Shown: positions 24,799-31,920 of the stretch, in pieces | Layout: every line of letters starts with the position of its first letter | Position numbering within the stretch: position 1 is the stretch's first letter | From: Chloroflexota bacterium | GTDB lineage: Bacteria > Chloroflexota > UBA6077 > FW602-bin22 > JACQUS01 | Length of the DNA: 31,920 nucleotides | Assembly (NCBI GenBank): GCA_016210125.1 | Contig: JACQUS010000499.1 | Coordinates: forward strand, 1-31,920 | Reading direction: 5' to 3' | Notes under the pieces: model-generated | Told to the model about the DNA's origin: nothing | The model's input: the letters and a program-made list of their open reading frames with translations, nothing else | Databases searched by the model: none | Position numbers and translations under genes: made by a program

Positions 24799-26136
24799 AT
24801 GGCTGAGACGGCGGTGCTAGCGACCGAGCAGCGAGCCCCGCTGCTCGTTGCCCCGCGCAGGGGCGAGCCGCTCGACCGCGCGCTCTTCCGCCAGTGCGTG
24901 CACTGCGGCCTGTGCCTCTCCGCCTGCCCGACCTACCGCGTCTTCGGCAACGAGCTGGACTCGCCGCGCGGGCGCATCTTCCAGATGCGCTGGGTGGCCG
25001 AGGGCAAGATCGCGCCGGACAACCCGCACTTCCGCCAGCACATCTCCCTCTGCCTCGACTGCCGCGCCTGCGAGACGGCCTGCCCCTCGGGCGTCAGCTA
25101 CGGCCGGCTGGTGGAGGCGGCGCGCGGGTGGATCGCGCCGGCCTCCTGGCGCGAGCGGCTGCTGCGGCGGCTGCTGCTCGGCGGGCTGCTCACGGCGCCT
25201 CGCGCGCTGCGGCTGGCGGCCGCGGCCCTGCGTGTCTACCAGCGCTCGGGCCTACAGCGCGTGGTGCGTGCCACCGGCCTGCTGGACCGCCTGCCCGGCG
25301 GGCTCGCCGCGCTGGAGCGCATGCAGCCGCGGCTCGACGGGCCGCTCTTCAGCCCGCGCCTGCCCGAGCTGATCCCGGCGGCCGGCCAGCGGCGGGCGCG
25401 CGTCGGCCTCATCGTCGGCTGCGTCGCCGGTGAGCTGTTCGCCGGCACGAACTGGGCCACGGCGCGCGTGCTGGCGCGCAGCGGCTGCGAGGTCGTCGTC
25501 CCGCCGGCGCAGCGCTGCTGTGGGGCGCTGGCCGTCCACGCCGGCGAGCGCGACCTGGCCCGCCAGCTCGCGCGGCGCAACATCGCGGCCTTCGAGGCCG
25601 CCGAGGTGGACTACGTCGTCGTCAACGCGGCCGGCTGCGGCTCGACCCTGAAGGAGTACGGCGAACTGCTGGAGCGCGATCCGCGCTGGGCCGAGCGCGC
25701 GCACGCCTTCGCTACGAAGATGCGCGACGCCAGCGAGCTGCTAGTCGAGCTGGGCTTCGCGCCGCCGGAGCGCGAGCTGCGCCTTCGCGTCACCTACCAG
25801 GACGCCTGCCACCTCGCCCACGGCCAGCGCATCCGCGAGCAGCCGCGCGCGCTGCTGCGGGCCATCCCGGGGCTGGAGCTGGTCGAGATGGGCGACAGCG
25901 ATCACTGCTGCGGCAGCGCTGGGGTATACAACCTGGTCCACTACGACGTCGCGGCGGCGATCCTGGAGACGAAGATGCGGCGCATCGCCGAGACCGGGGC
26001 GACCATGGTCGCCGCGGCGAACCCCGGCTGCATCCTCCAGCTCCGGCACGGCGCCGAGCGCTTCGGGGTGCCGGTCGAGGTCGTGCATCCGATCGACCTG
26101 CTCGATCGCGCCTACGGCGCTCAGCGGATGACGTAG
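24799..26136 (+). CDS. glcF: Glycolate oxidase iron-sulfur subunit GlcF
   Basis: CVHCGLCLSACP, CLDCRACETACP, two CCG domains (CCGAL, CCGSAG). Confidence 0.9.
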   Translation: MAETAVLATEQRAPLLVAPRRGEPLDRALFRQCVHCGLCLSACPTYRVFGNELDSPRGRIFQMRWVAEGKIAPDNPHFRQHISLCLDCRACETACPSGVSYGRLVEAARGWIAPASWRERLLRRLLLGGLLTAPRALRLAAAALRVYQRSGLQRVVRATGLLDRLPGGLAALERMQPRLDGPLFSPRLPELIPAAGQRRARVGLIVGCVAGELFAGTNWATARVLARSGCEVVVPPAQRCCGALAVHAGERDLARQLARRNIAAFEAAEVDYVVVNAAGCGSTLKEYGELLERDPRWAERAHAFATKMRDASELLVELGFAPPERELRLRVTYQDACHLAHGQRIREQPRALLRAIPGLELVEMGDSDHCCGSAGVYNLVHYDVAAAILETKMRRIAETGATMVAAANPGCILQLRHGAERFGVPVEVVHPIDLLDRAYGAQRMT

Positions 26137-26882
26137 CCGCCGTCGAGGACCACGATCTCCCCGGTCATGTAGTCCGCGGCTGGCGAGGCCAGGTAGACCA
26201 CCGCCAGCCCGATGTCCTCCGGCGTGCCCAGCCGCCGCAGCGGTGTCGCGCGGATGAGGCCATCGCGGATCTGCGGGTTCGACAACGCCCACTCGTTCAG
26301 TTCGGTGTGCACGTAGCCCGGCGCGATGGCGTTGACGCGGACCTTATAGCGCGCCCACTCGAGCGCCAAGGCGCGGGTGAAGCTAATCATCCCGCCCTTG
26401 GCGGCGACGTAGCTGCTAAACCGCGGCGCCGGAGTGTAGGCGAAGATGGAGGCGATATTGACGATGCTGCCACGCTGCTGGGGGATCATGTAGCGCGCCG
26501 CGGCGCGTGCGCAGCGCATGACGCTGTTGAGGTTGGTGTCGATCACCCGCAGCCAGTCGTCGTCGCGGATGGCCTGGGCCTCCTGGTCGACGAGGATGCC
26601 AGCGTTGTTGACCAGGATGTCCAGGTGGCCCAGCTCGCTGGCCGCGCGGTCGGCGAGGCGCTCGACCTGCTCGCTCACGGTCACGTCGGTGGGGACAACT
26701 AGCGCGCGCCGGCCGAGGGCCTCGACGGTGTGGGCCGTCTCCTCAAGCTGGGCCACGGTGCGGCCGGCTAAGGCCACGTCGGCCCCGGCCTCGGCCAGGG
26801 CCAGCGCGATGCCGCGGCCGATGCCGCGGCCCGCGCCGGTGACGACGGCCACCTGGCCGTCGAGACGGAAGCGCTCGAACAT
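26121..26882 (-). CDS. Short-chain dehydrogenase/reductase (gluconate 5-dehydrogenase/KduD-like)
   Basis: ATG after AAAGGAG; MFERFRLDGQVAVVTGAGRGIG, NNAG, YVAAK; stop overlaps the glcF end. Confidence 0.9.
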   Translation of the reverse strand: MFERFRLDGQVAVVTGAGRGIGRGIALALAEAGADVALAGRTVAQLEETAHTVEALGRRALVVPTDVTVSEQVERLADRAASELGHLDILVNNAGILVDQEAQAIRDDDWLRVIDTNLNSVMRCARAAARYMIPQQRGSIVNIASIFAYTPAPRFSSYVAAKGGMISFTRALALEWARYKVRVNAIAPGYVHTELNEWALSNPQIRDGLIRATPLRRLGTPEDIGLAVVYLASPAADYMTGEIVVLDGGYVIR

Positions 26883-26963
26883 CGTTGCTCCTTTCTGTTG
26901 GTCGTCGCGCCCTCGCGTCACGGACTGGCTAGCGGAGCCTCCTTAGGTTGAAAAACGCCGTGG

Positions 26964-27027
26964 CGGGCGGCCCCGCCCCACCCGAGAGAATGTGCCAACG
27001 GGGGCGAAGCCCCCTTTGGATTCCCCC
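26964..27027 (-). repeat. Hairpin + G-tract dispersed repeat, copy H (opposite orientation)
   Basis: Minus strand: GGGGGAAT-CCAAAGGGGGC-TTC-GCCCCCGTTGG-...-GGGTGGGGCGGGGCCGCCCGCCA. Confidence 0.85.
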
Positions 27028-27258
27028 TTTCAGCCCCGACGGCCACAGCATGACGAGGAGCAAAGGCTTGTGAACGTGGCTAGTAGCCGGCGCTGCCCCG
27101 TCTTACCTTGCCCGAAGTCGCACGCACAGGTCCTCAAAGCGACCGCTGCACGCTCCTGCGGCTCAGCCGCTTTTCGATCGCCACTGGCGTCCCGCAGCAG
27201 CACCGCCCACTCGCCCGCGCATCCCTCCGCGATACTGCCTTGGTGCTGACGCACCATA

Positions 27259-28425
27259 TCACGGCGCCGCAATCTGGACGATGTGACGCTGGATCGTGGT
27301 CGTTACCTCCGGGCCGCTCGGGCCGATGAACACGTTGATCTCGCTGCGCACGCCGAACGTGTCGTAGTAGAGGCCTGGCTCGACGGTGAAGCCGAGCCCC
27401 GGGATGAGCACCCGCGTGTCGTGCGTCTCGAAATCGTCGAGATTGGCCCCGCGTCCGTGGACGTCGAAGCCAAGGCTGTGGCCAAGGCGGTGCGTGAAGG
27501 CCTCGGCCAGGCCGCGCTCGGCCAGGTAGGTGCGCGCGGCGCGGTCCGCCTCCCAGCCGGCGATCGGGCGGCCGGCGGCGTAGGCGCGCTCCAGCGCGGC
27601 CACGGCGAGGTCGCGTGCGCCGCAGACCGCGGCGAAGGCGGCGGCGGGCTCCGGCCGCGGCGGCCCGACCGCCCCAACCCAGGTCACGTCGGCGTAGACG
27701 GCGCCTATCTCCCGGCCCTTGGCCCAGGCGTCGATGAGCACCCACGAGCCCGGGTGCAAAGTCGCCCCGCCGCCGGCCGGCGGCTCGTAGTGTGGATCGC
27801 CGGAGTGCGCATCGAAGGCCACCACCGGGCCTTCGGCGACCTCCAGCGCGGCGTGCTCCAGCCGCGCGCGCAAGAAGGCCGCCGCCTCGCCCTCGCACAC
27901 CCCGCTTCGCAGCCGCTCGCCGAGGAAGCGGAAGGTCTCGTGAACGGCGGCGACGAGCGCCGGCGCGGCGCGGCGGTGGCTGGCCAGCGCGGCGGCGTCC
28001 CAGCGCGCCACGGCGTACTGGTACAGCTCGGCAGAGGAGGCCGGCCGGCCGCCGAGCGCGCGCACCAGCTCGAGTGTCCCGGCGTCGACGTGCGAGAGCG
28101 CCGGCAGGTCGCCGCGTGGGACGTACTCCATGGCTATCGCGGGGCGCTGCGCCAGGAGCGCCGCAAGCGCGCGCTCGTGCTCATCGCGGCTGCGATAGGT
28201 CGTGAGCGCGAAACCGCTCGTGGCGAAGCGCCCGGCGTCGACGTGGTGGACGAGCAGGCGCGGCGCGCCGTCCGCTGGCACGAGCAGCCAGGCGCGGCGC
28301 GTGCCAGGGCCGCTGGCGGCCACCAGCTCGGCGAACACCGGGTTCGCGCCGTGGAAGTCGTAGACCAGCCAGGCGTCGAGGCCGTGTGCGCGCATGAACG
28401 CCTGCGCGGCGGCGAGGTCAGCCAC
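27259..28425 (-). CDS. M24 family metallopeptidase (Xaa-Pro type)
   Basis: Creatinase-like N-domain; metal ligands IDAW, YADVTW, HRLGH, VEPG, RSE. Confidence 0.88.
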   Translation of the reverse strand: MADLAAAQAFMRAHGLDAWLVYDFHGANPVFAELVAASGPGTRRAWLLVPADGAPRLLVHHVDAGRFATSGFALTTYRSRDEHERALAALLAQRPAIAMEYVPRGDLPALSHVDAGTLELVRALGGRPASSAELYQYAVARWDAAALASHRRAAPALVAAVHETFRFLGERLRSGVCEGEAAAFLRARLEHAALEVAEGPVVAFDAHSGDPHYEPPAGGGATLHPGSWVLIDAWAKGREIGAVYADVTWVGAVGPPRPEPAAAFAAVCGARDLAVAALERAYAAGRPIAGWEADRAARTYLAERGLAEAFTHRLGHSLGFDVHGRGANLDDFETHDTRVLIPGLGFTVEPGLYYDTFGVRSEINVFIGPSGPEVTTTIQRHIVQIAAP

Positions 28426-29128
28426 GCGCCACCTGGACGCGCGCCTGGTAGTCGGGGCAGATGTCGGCCAGCGGGCAGGCTGGGCAGCGCGGCCGGCGCG
28501 CGTGGCAGGTGCGCCGGCCGTGGGTGATGAGCGCGACGTGAAAGGCGTAGCGGTCGGCCGGTGGGACGAGCGCTTCGAGCAGCGCGTGCGCTCGCGCGGC
28601 GTCGGCCTTGGGCGGCAGCAGGCCGAGGCGCAGCGCGACGCGGTGGACGTGCGTGTCCACCGGTAGGGCAGGTAGGCCGAGGCTGAAGAGCAGGACGCAG
28701 GCTGCCGATTTTGGGCCGACGCCGGGCAGGGCGGTCAGCTCGGCCCGCGCCTCGTCGAGCGGCAAATCGGCCATGTGGTCGAGGTCGAGCGCGCCATAGC
28801 GCTCGCGAATGGCCCGCAGCACGGCCTGTAATCGTGGGGCCTTAACGTTGGAGAGCCCGGCCGAGCGAATGGCGTCGGCGACGCGCTCGGTGGGCGCGTC
28901 GAGCAAGGCCTGCCAGGTGGGAAAGGCGCGGCGGAGCTGGGCGAAGGCGCGCGCAGCATTGGCATCCGAGGTGTTCTGCGAGAGGATGACCTCGATGAGC
29001 TCGCTCAGCGCGTCGCGCCGCGGCTTCGGGTGCAGTGGGCCGTAGGCTGTGGCGAGGCGGCGCAGGGCCTCGGCGGCGCGCGCCGAGGGCACCGCGGCGA
29101 CCACGTGTGAGGGCGCGAGGGCGTGCAT
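28418..29128 (-). CDS. nth: Endonuclease III / HhH-GPD DNA glycosylase
   Basis: ILSQNT, HhH LPGVGPKSA, VDTHV, C-x6-C-x2-C-x5-C iron-sulfur motif. Confidence 0.88.
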   Translation of the reverse strand: MHALAPSHVVAAVPSARAAEALRRLATAYGPLHPKPRRDALSELIEVILSQNTSDANAARAFAQLRRAFPTWQALLDAPTERVADAIRSAGLSNVKAPRLQAVLRAIRERYGALDLDHMADLPLDEARAELTALPGVGPKSAACVLLFSLGLPALPVDTHVHRVALRLGLLPPKADAARAHALLEALVPPADRYAFHVALITHGRRTCHARRPRCPACPLADICPDYQARVQVARG

Positions 29129-29176
29129 GCAGCCGGCTCCGCCGGGGCGGGCGTCGCCGCCCCCGTCTCGGCCTGC

Positions 29177-29185
29177 ATTATACCA
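29177..29185 (-). promoter_or_regulatory. Extended -10 promoter of the nth-peptidase run
   Basis: TG-G-TATAAT on the minus strand. Confidence 0.6.
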
Positions 29186-29220
29186 GCCGCCTCGACGGCG
29201 CAGGGCGAGCGAGAACGGCA

Positions 29221-29248
29221 GCAGGGGCGAGGCATGCCTCGCCCCTGC
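29221..29248. repeat. Perfect 28-bp palindrome, REP-like
   Basis: GCAGGGGCGAGGCA/TGCCTCGCCCCTGC; resembles the GTAG-GGGCG REPs at 17645. Confidence 0.8.
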
Positions 29249-29290
29249 GGACTGCAGAGCGACAGATTGCCGCGCTGGGCGCTAGGCCGG

Positions 29291-30466
29291 CTAGCGCACC
29301 GTCTTGAGGAAGCTCTGCAGGTCGTCCAGTATGCCGGCCGGGAGGCGATCCTTGAACTCGGCGTAGACCGGCTGGGCCTTGTCCACCCACTCCTTCTTCT
29401 GCGCCGGCGTGAGCGTGATGATCTCCTGCTTGAACTGCGTCTTCAGTGCCTCTAGGTTCTTGTCGGTGTACTGGCGGTCGAGCTTCGCCGCCTCCTTCTC
29501 CACCTCGGCCACCGTGTCCATCACGAGCTTCTGGTGCTCAGGCGAGAGCGAGTCGAAGAATTTCTTGCTGAGATGGACGACGTTGACCTGCGACTGATAG
29601 TCAATGAGCGTGATGTACTTGTGCCACTCGTAGTGCTTGTTGTTGATCGGCCAGTAGCCCGCGCCGACGCCGATGCACTGGATGAGGTTCTGTGTCCCGG
29701 CGGTGTAGGTCTCGGCCCAGGCGATGGGTGTAGCGGTGGCGCCGAGCGCCTTCCAGATGGCCACGTCGGTCGGCGTCTCCGTCGTCCGAATCTTCAGGCC
29801 GCGCAGGTCGGCCGGCGTGACGACCTTCTTGCTGCACTCGATGTCGCGCAGCCCGTCGGTGTTCGAGAAGAGAATGGACAGCATGTTCGGCTGGTCCTTG
29901 GTGACCAGCTCCTTGATCCGCTTGTTGAACGGCCCGAGCACCACCGCCTTCTCCAGCTCGTCGTAGCTGTCGAACAGGAACGGCATGTCGAGCACGAAGA
30001 ACGCCTTGGTGAAGGTCCCGGCGTTCTGCACCGACGAGGGTGACATATCGACGGCGCCGTCGAGCATCGCCTTGATCGCGCTCACCTCGGAGTAGAGCGA
30101 GCCGTTCCAGTGGATCTGCATGTCGAGCTGGCCGTTCGAGCGCTGCTTCAGTCGGTCGCGGAGCTGCGACAGCACCCAGGAGATGCTGAGCGCGTCGGCC
30201 TTGTCCGGTACCTGGGTGCCGACGCGGATGACGCGCGCGCCGGGGGCCGCGGCGGCCGGCTTGGCTGGCTGGGCCTGCGCTGCCGGCTTCTCCTGAGCCG
30301 GTTTGGCCGGCGCGGGCTGCGCCGCTGCGGCCGGCTTCTCCTGCGCCGGCGCGGCCGGCTTCGCCGGAGCCGGCTGCGGTGCTGGCGCGCAGGCCGCGGC
30401 GACCAGTGCCACGGCGGCGACAACCACGAGCCCTATCCATCCTATGGATCCCATACTGGGCCGCAT
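29291..30466 (-). CDS. dctP: TRAP transporter substrate-binding protein (DctP family), probable lipoprotein
   Basis: ATG after GAGGAGG; signal ending AAAC; Pro/Ala/Gln linker; DLRGLKIRT, ATPIAWAETY, FFDSLSPEHQ. Confidence 0.85.
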   Translation of the reverse strand: MRPSMGSIGWIGLVVVAAVALVAAACAPAPQPAPAKPAAPAQEKPAAAAQPAPAKPAQEKPAAQAQPAKPAAAAPGARVIRVGTQVPDKADALSISWVLSQLRDRLKQRSNGQLDMQIHWNGSLYSEVSAIKAMLDGAVDMSPSSVQNAGTFTKAFFVLDMPFLFDSYDELEKAVVLGPFNKRIKELVTKDQPNMLSILFSNTDGLRDIECSKKVVTPADLRGLKIRTTETPTDVAIWKALGATATPIAWAETYTAGTQNLIQCIGVGAGYWPINNKHYEWHKYITLIDYQSQVNVVHLSKKFFDSLSPEHQKLVMDTVAEVEKEAAKLDRQYTDKNLEALKTQFKQEIITLTPAQKKEWVDKAQPVYAEFKDRLPAGILDDLQSFLKTVR

Positions 30467-30745
30467 ACGAGTCCCTCCTCCACTGCCGCGAGGCAAGCCT
30501 TGATAATGGTCCATTCTTAGCAGAGCGCAGCGGGCCGGCCATAAAAAACGCATAAAAAAGCTATCAACATTGCAACGATCAAGCCCTCGGCCCAGGCTGC
30601 CTGCCGCCACACCCCCACGGTCGCGGACTGCGTCTCTTCCCGCTCACCGCCGCATAGCGCACGCTGCGCGGGCGAGCGGTGAGGGATCGCGCCGGGGACT
30701 ACGGCACCGCCGCCATACCGAAGCTCCGAAGCTCAACCGCGGCGT

Positions 30746-31420
30746 TTACCGGGGCGTCGCAGCTAGCCACGTCCGTAGCTCCTGGAGTTCCGCCGCCAGC
30801 CGCTCCTGCTGGACGGCCAGCGTGAGGTCGCCGCGCGTGCGCTCGAGGATGGCGCGGGCCGCGTCGGCCGTCCGGCGCAGCCCGGCGGTGATGGCCTCAG
30901 GGTAGTCCAGCGTCACCAGCCCGCCGTAGACGTCGTCCATCAGCGCGAGCAGGTGCTCGGCGTGGGCCACGTCGCCGCCACGGAGCGCGTCGAGCAGGTG
31001 GCGGCGTAGCTCGCCGATCATCTCGCCCAGGCCGTTGAGATAGGCCGGAAGGTCGACGGCCAGGGTCGCCGCGTCGGGCAGCGGCTGGTCGCTGACCGCC
31101 GCACGCGTGAGCCGTGCCTCGGCGTACTCCTTCGCCGCGTCGTGGATGAACCCGGCGTAGAGCACCTCGGGGAACGGCGCAAGCTGCTCGACGGCGCGCT
31201 GGAGAGCCGCGGCAGCCTGTGCCAGCAGCGCGTCGGCGCGCACAAAATCGTGGCGGTGAACGGCGCGCGTGGCGTTGGCGGCCGAGCGGATCACCTCGCG
31301 GGCGAGCGCGAGTGCACCCTCGCGGGCAGCGCTTTTCGCTGTGAGCGCCGCGCGCGCCTGCTCCAGCAGGGTCTCCAGCTTCGTCTGGCCGGTCGGCTGG
31401 CCGCCGTGTTCCTCGGTCAT
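30746..31420 (-). CDS. Translin/Trax (C3PO) family protein
   Basis: ATG at 31420 after CAGGAG; REVIR, KEYAEA (ExxE), YLNGLGEMIGELRR, LRRTAD. Confidence 0.85.
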   Translation of the reverse strand: MTEEHGGQPTGQTKLETLLEQARAALTAKSAAREGALALAREVIRSAANATRAVHRHDFVRADALLAQAAAALQRAVEQLAPFPEVLYAGFIHDAAKEYAEARLTRAAVSDQPLPDAATLAVDLPAYLNGLGEMIGELRRHLLDALRGGDVAHAEHLLALMDDVYGGLVTLDYPEAITAGLRRTADAARAILERTRGDLTLAVQQERLAAELQELRTWLAATPR

Positions 31421-31437
31421 TGCTGTGCTCCTGTGAA

Positions 31438-31920
31438 GTAATCGTTCAGGGGGTAGGCAGGAGTGTGGGGGCGGGTAAGCCGGTGCGCTGAGCGCGGGCC
31501 GCATCGGTCAGGAAGGTGAGCAGGTGGCGCTGGTGCTGGCGGCATGTCGCCGTCACCGTCAGGATGCGCTCGACGAAGACGTTGCCGGTGTCGCTGTGGG
31601 CGCCGAAACAGCCGTTGCGCCACAGGACGGCCGGGCGCAGGGCCTGTTCGGCGGCGGTGTTGGTCGGCGCGATCCCCGCGACGCTGACGAACGTCCACCG
31701 CGCTGGCCACCGCGCCAGCAGGTCCTGGCAGAGCGCCCGCGGTGGGGACAGAGCGCTCCCGCGCTCCAGCAGGGCGCGCATCTCGGTCTGGACGGGCTGC
31801 ATCGCCGTCCGCAGGCCGGCCCGGTCCAGCTTACCGGCGCGGAACGGGTGCCACACCGCGAACAGCCGCTCGACCAGCGCCCCGGCGGCGGTGCCCCAGA
31901 GGCCGGTCGCTCCACCCCAG
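31438..31920 (-). mobile_element. IS66-family element, right end (truncated by the window)
   Basis: Terminal GTAATCGTTCAGGGG at 31438 (GTAA ends are typical of IS66); the transposase stop overlaps this end. Confidence 0.8.
31446..31920 (-). CDS. IS66 transposase C-terminal part, possibly degenerate
   Basis: WTFV..GIAPTNTAAEQALRPAVLWR.G.FG.HS..G..FVERILTV.ATCRQ; frame open to the window edge. Confidence 0.8.
   Translation of the reverse strand, partial: WGGATGLWGTAAGALVERLFAVWHPFRAGKLDRAGLRTAMQPVQTEMRALLERGSALSPPRALCQDLLARWPARWTFVSVAGIAPTNTAAEQALRPAVLWRNGCFGAHSDTGNVFVERILTVTATCRQHQRHLLTFLTDAARAQRTGLPAPTLLPTP

Noticed and set aside
26992-27272. Short ORFs in the SDR-peptidase gap (26992-27249 +, 27030-27272 -)
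   Set aside because: No convincing RBS or motifs, and they overlap the repeat copy; treated as non-coding
30643-30733. 8-bp stem CTCACCGC/GCGGTGAG and tandem CCGAAGCT x2 downstream of the translin gene
   Set aside because: Short matches like these are expected by chance at this GC content; no U-tract and no other copies seen
1-31920. tRNA or rRNA genes
   Set aside because: No cloverleaf with T-loop GTTCRA in context and no rRNA-like stretch; nearly all the sequence is explained by CDS and short repeats

Overview
A GC-rich (about 70%) bacterial chromosomal window, probably Chloroflexota (inferred from the translin-family gene, the B-box membrane protein and the intergenic repeat style). It is mostly metabolic genes: PPi-type phosphofructokinase (truncated at the left edge), VKOR, isovaleryl-CoA dehydrogenase, Rieske ferredoxin, FAD oxidoreductase, pyk, three SDRs, an MBL hydrolase, a hybrid histidine kinase, class I aldolase, glcDEF, an M24 peptidase, nth, an orphan DctP, a translin/Trax-family gene and the end of an IS66 (truncated at the right edge). 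The unusual parts are: (i) a 1314-aa secreted protein with three recent 456-bp tandem modules and a GH99-like domain whose ExxE catalytic pair is altered; (ii) a membrane-tethered clan GH-A barrel; (iii) a lone low-GC ATPase-TOPRIM (OLD/PARIS-like) gene; (iv) intergenic DNA densely built from several small dispersed repeat families (a hairpin plus G-tract element in about 9 copies with a flipping GAA/TTC loop, a fixed-length 49-bp TTTTCA..TGAAAA module, GTAG-type REP/REPINs, one of them inside a 207-bp MITE-like unit, and short tandem arrays); (v) an IS66 end a few bases from the ribosome-binding site of the translin gene. No rRNA, tRNA or CRISPR array was found. All assignments come from motif reading by eye; no database searches were run.
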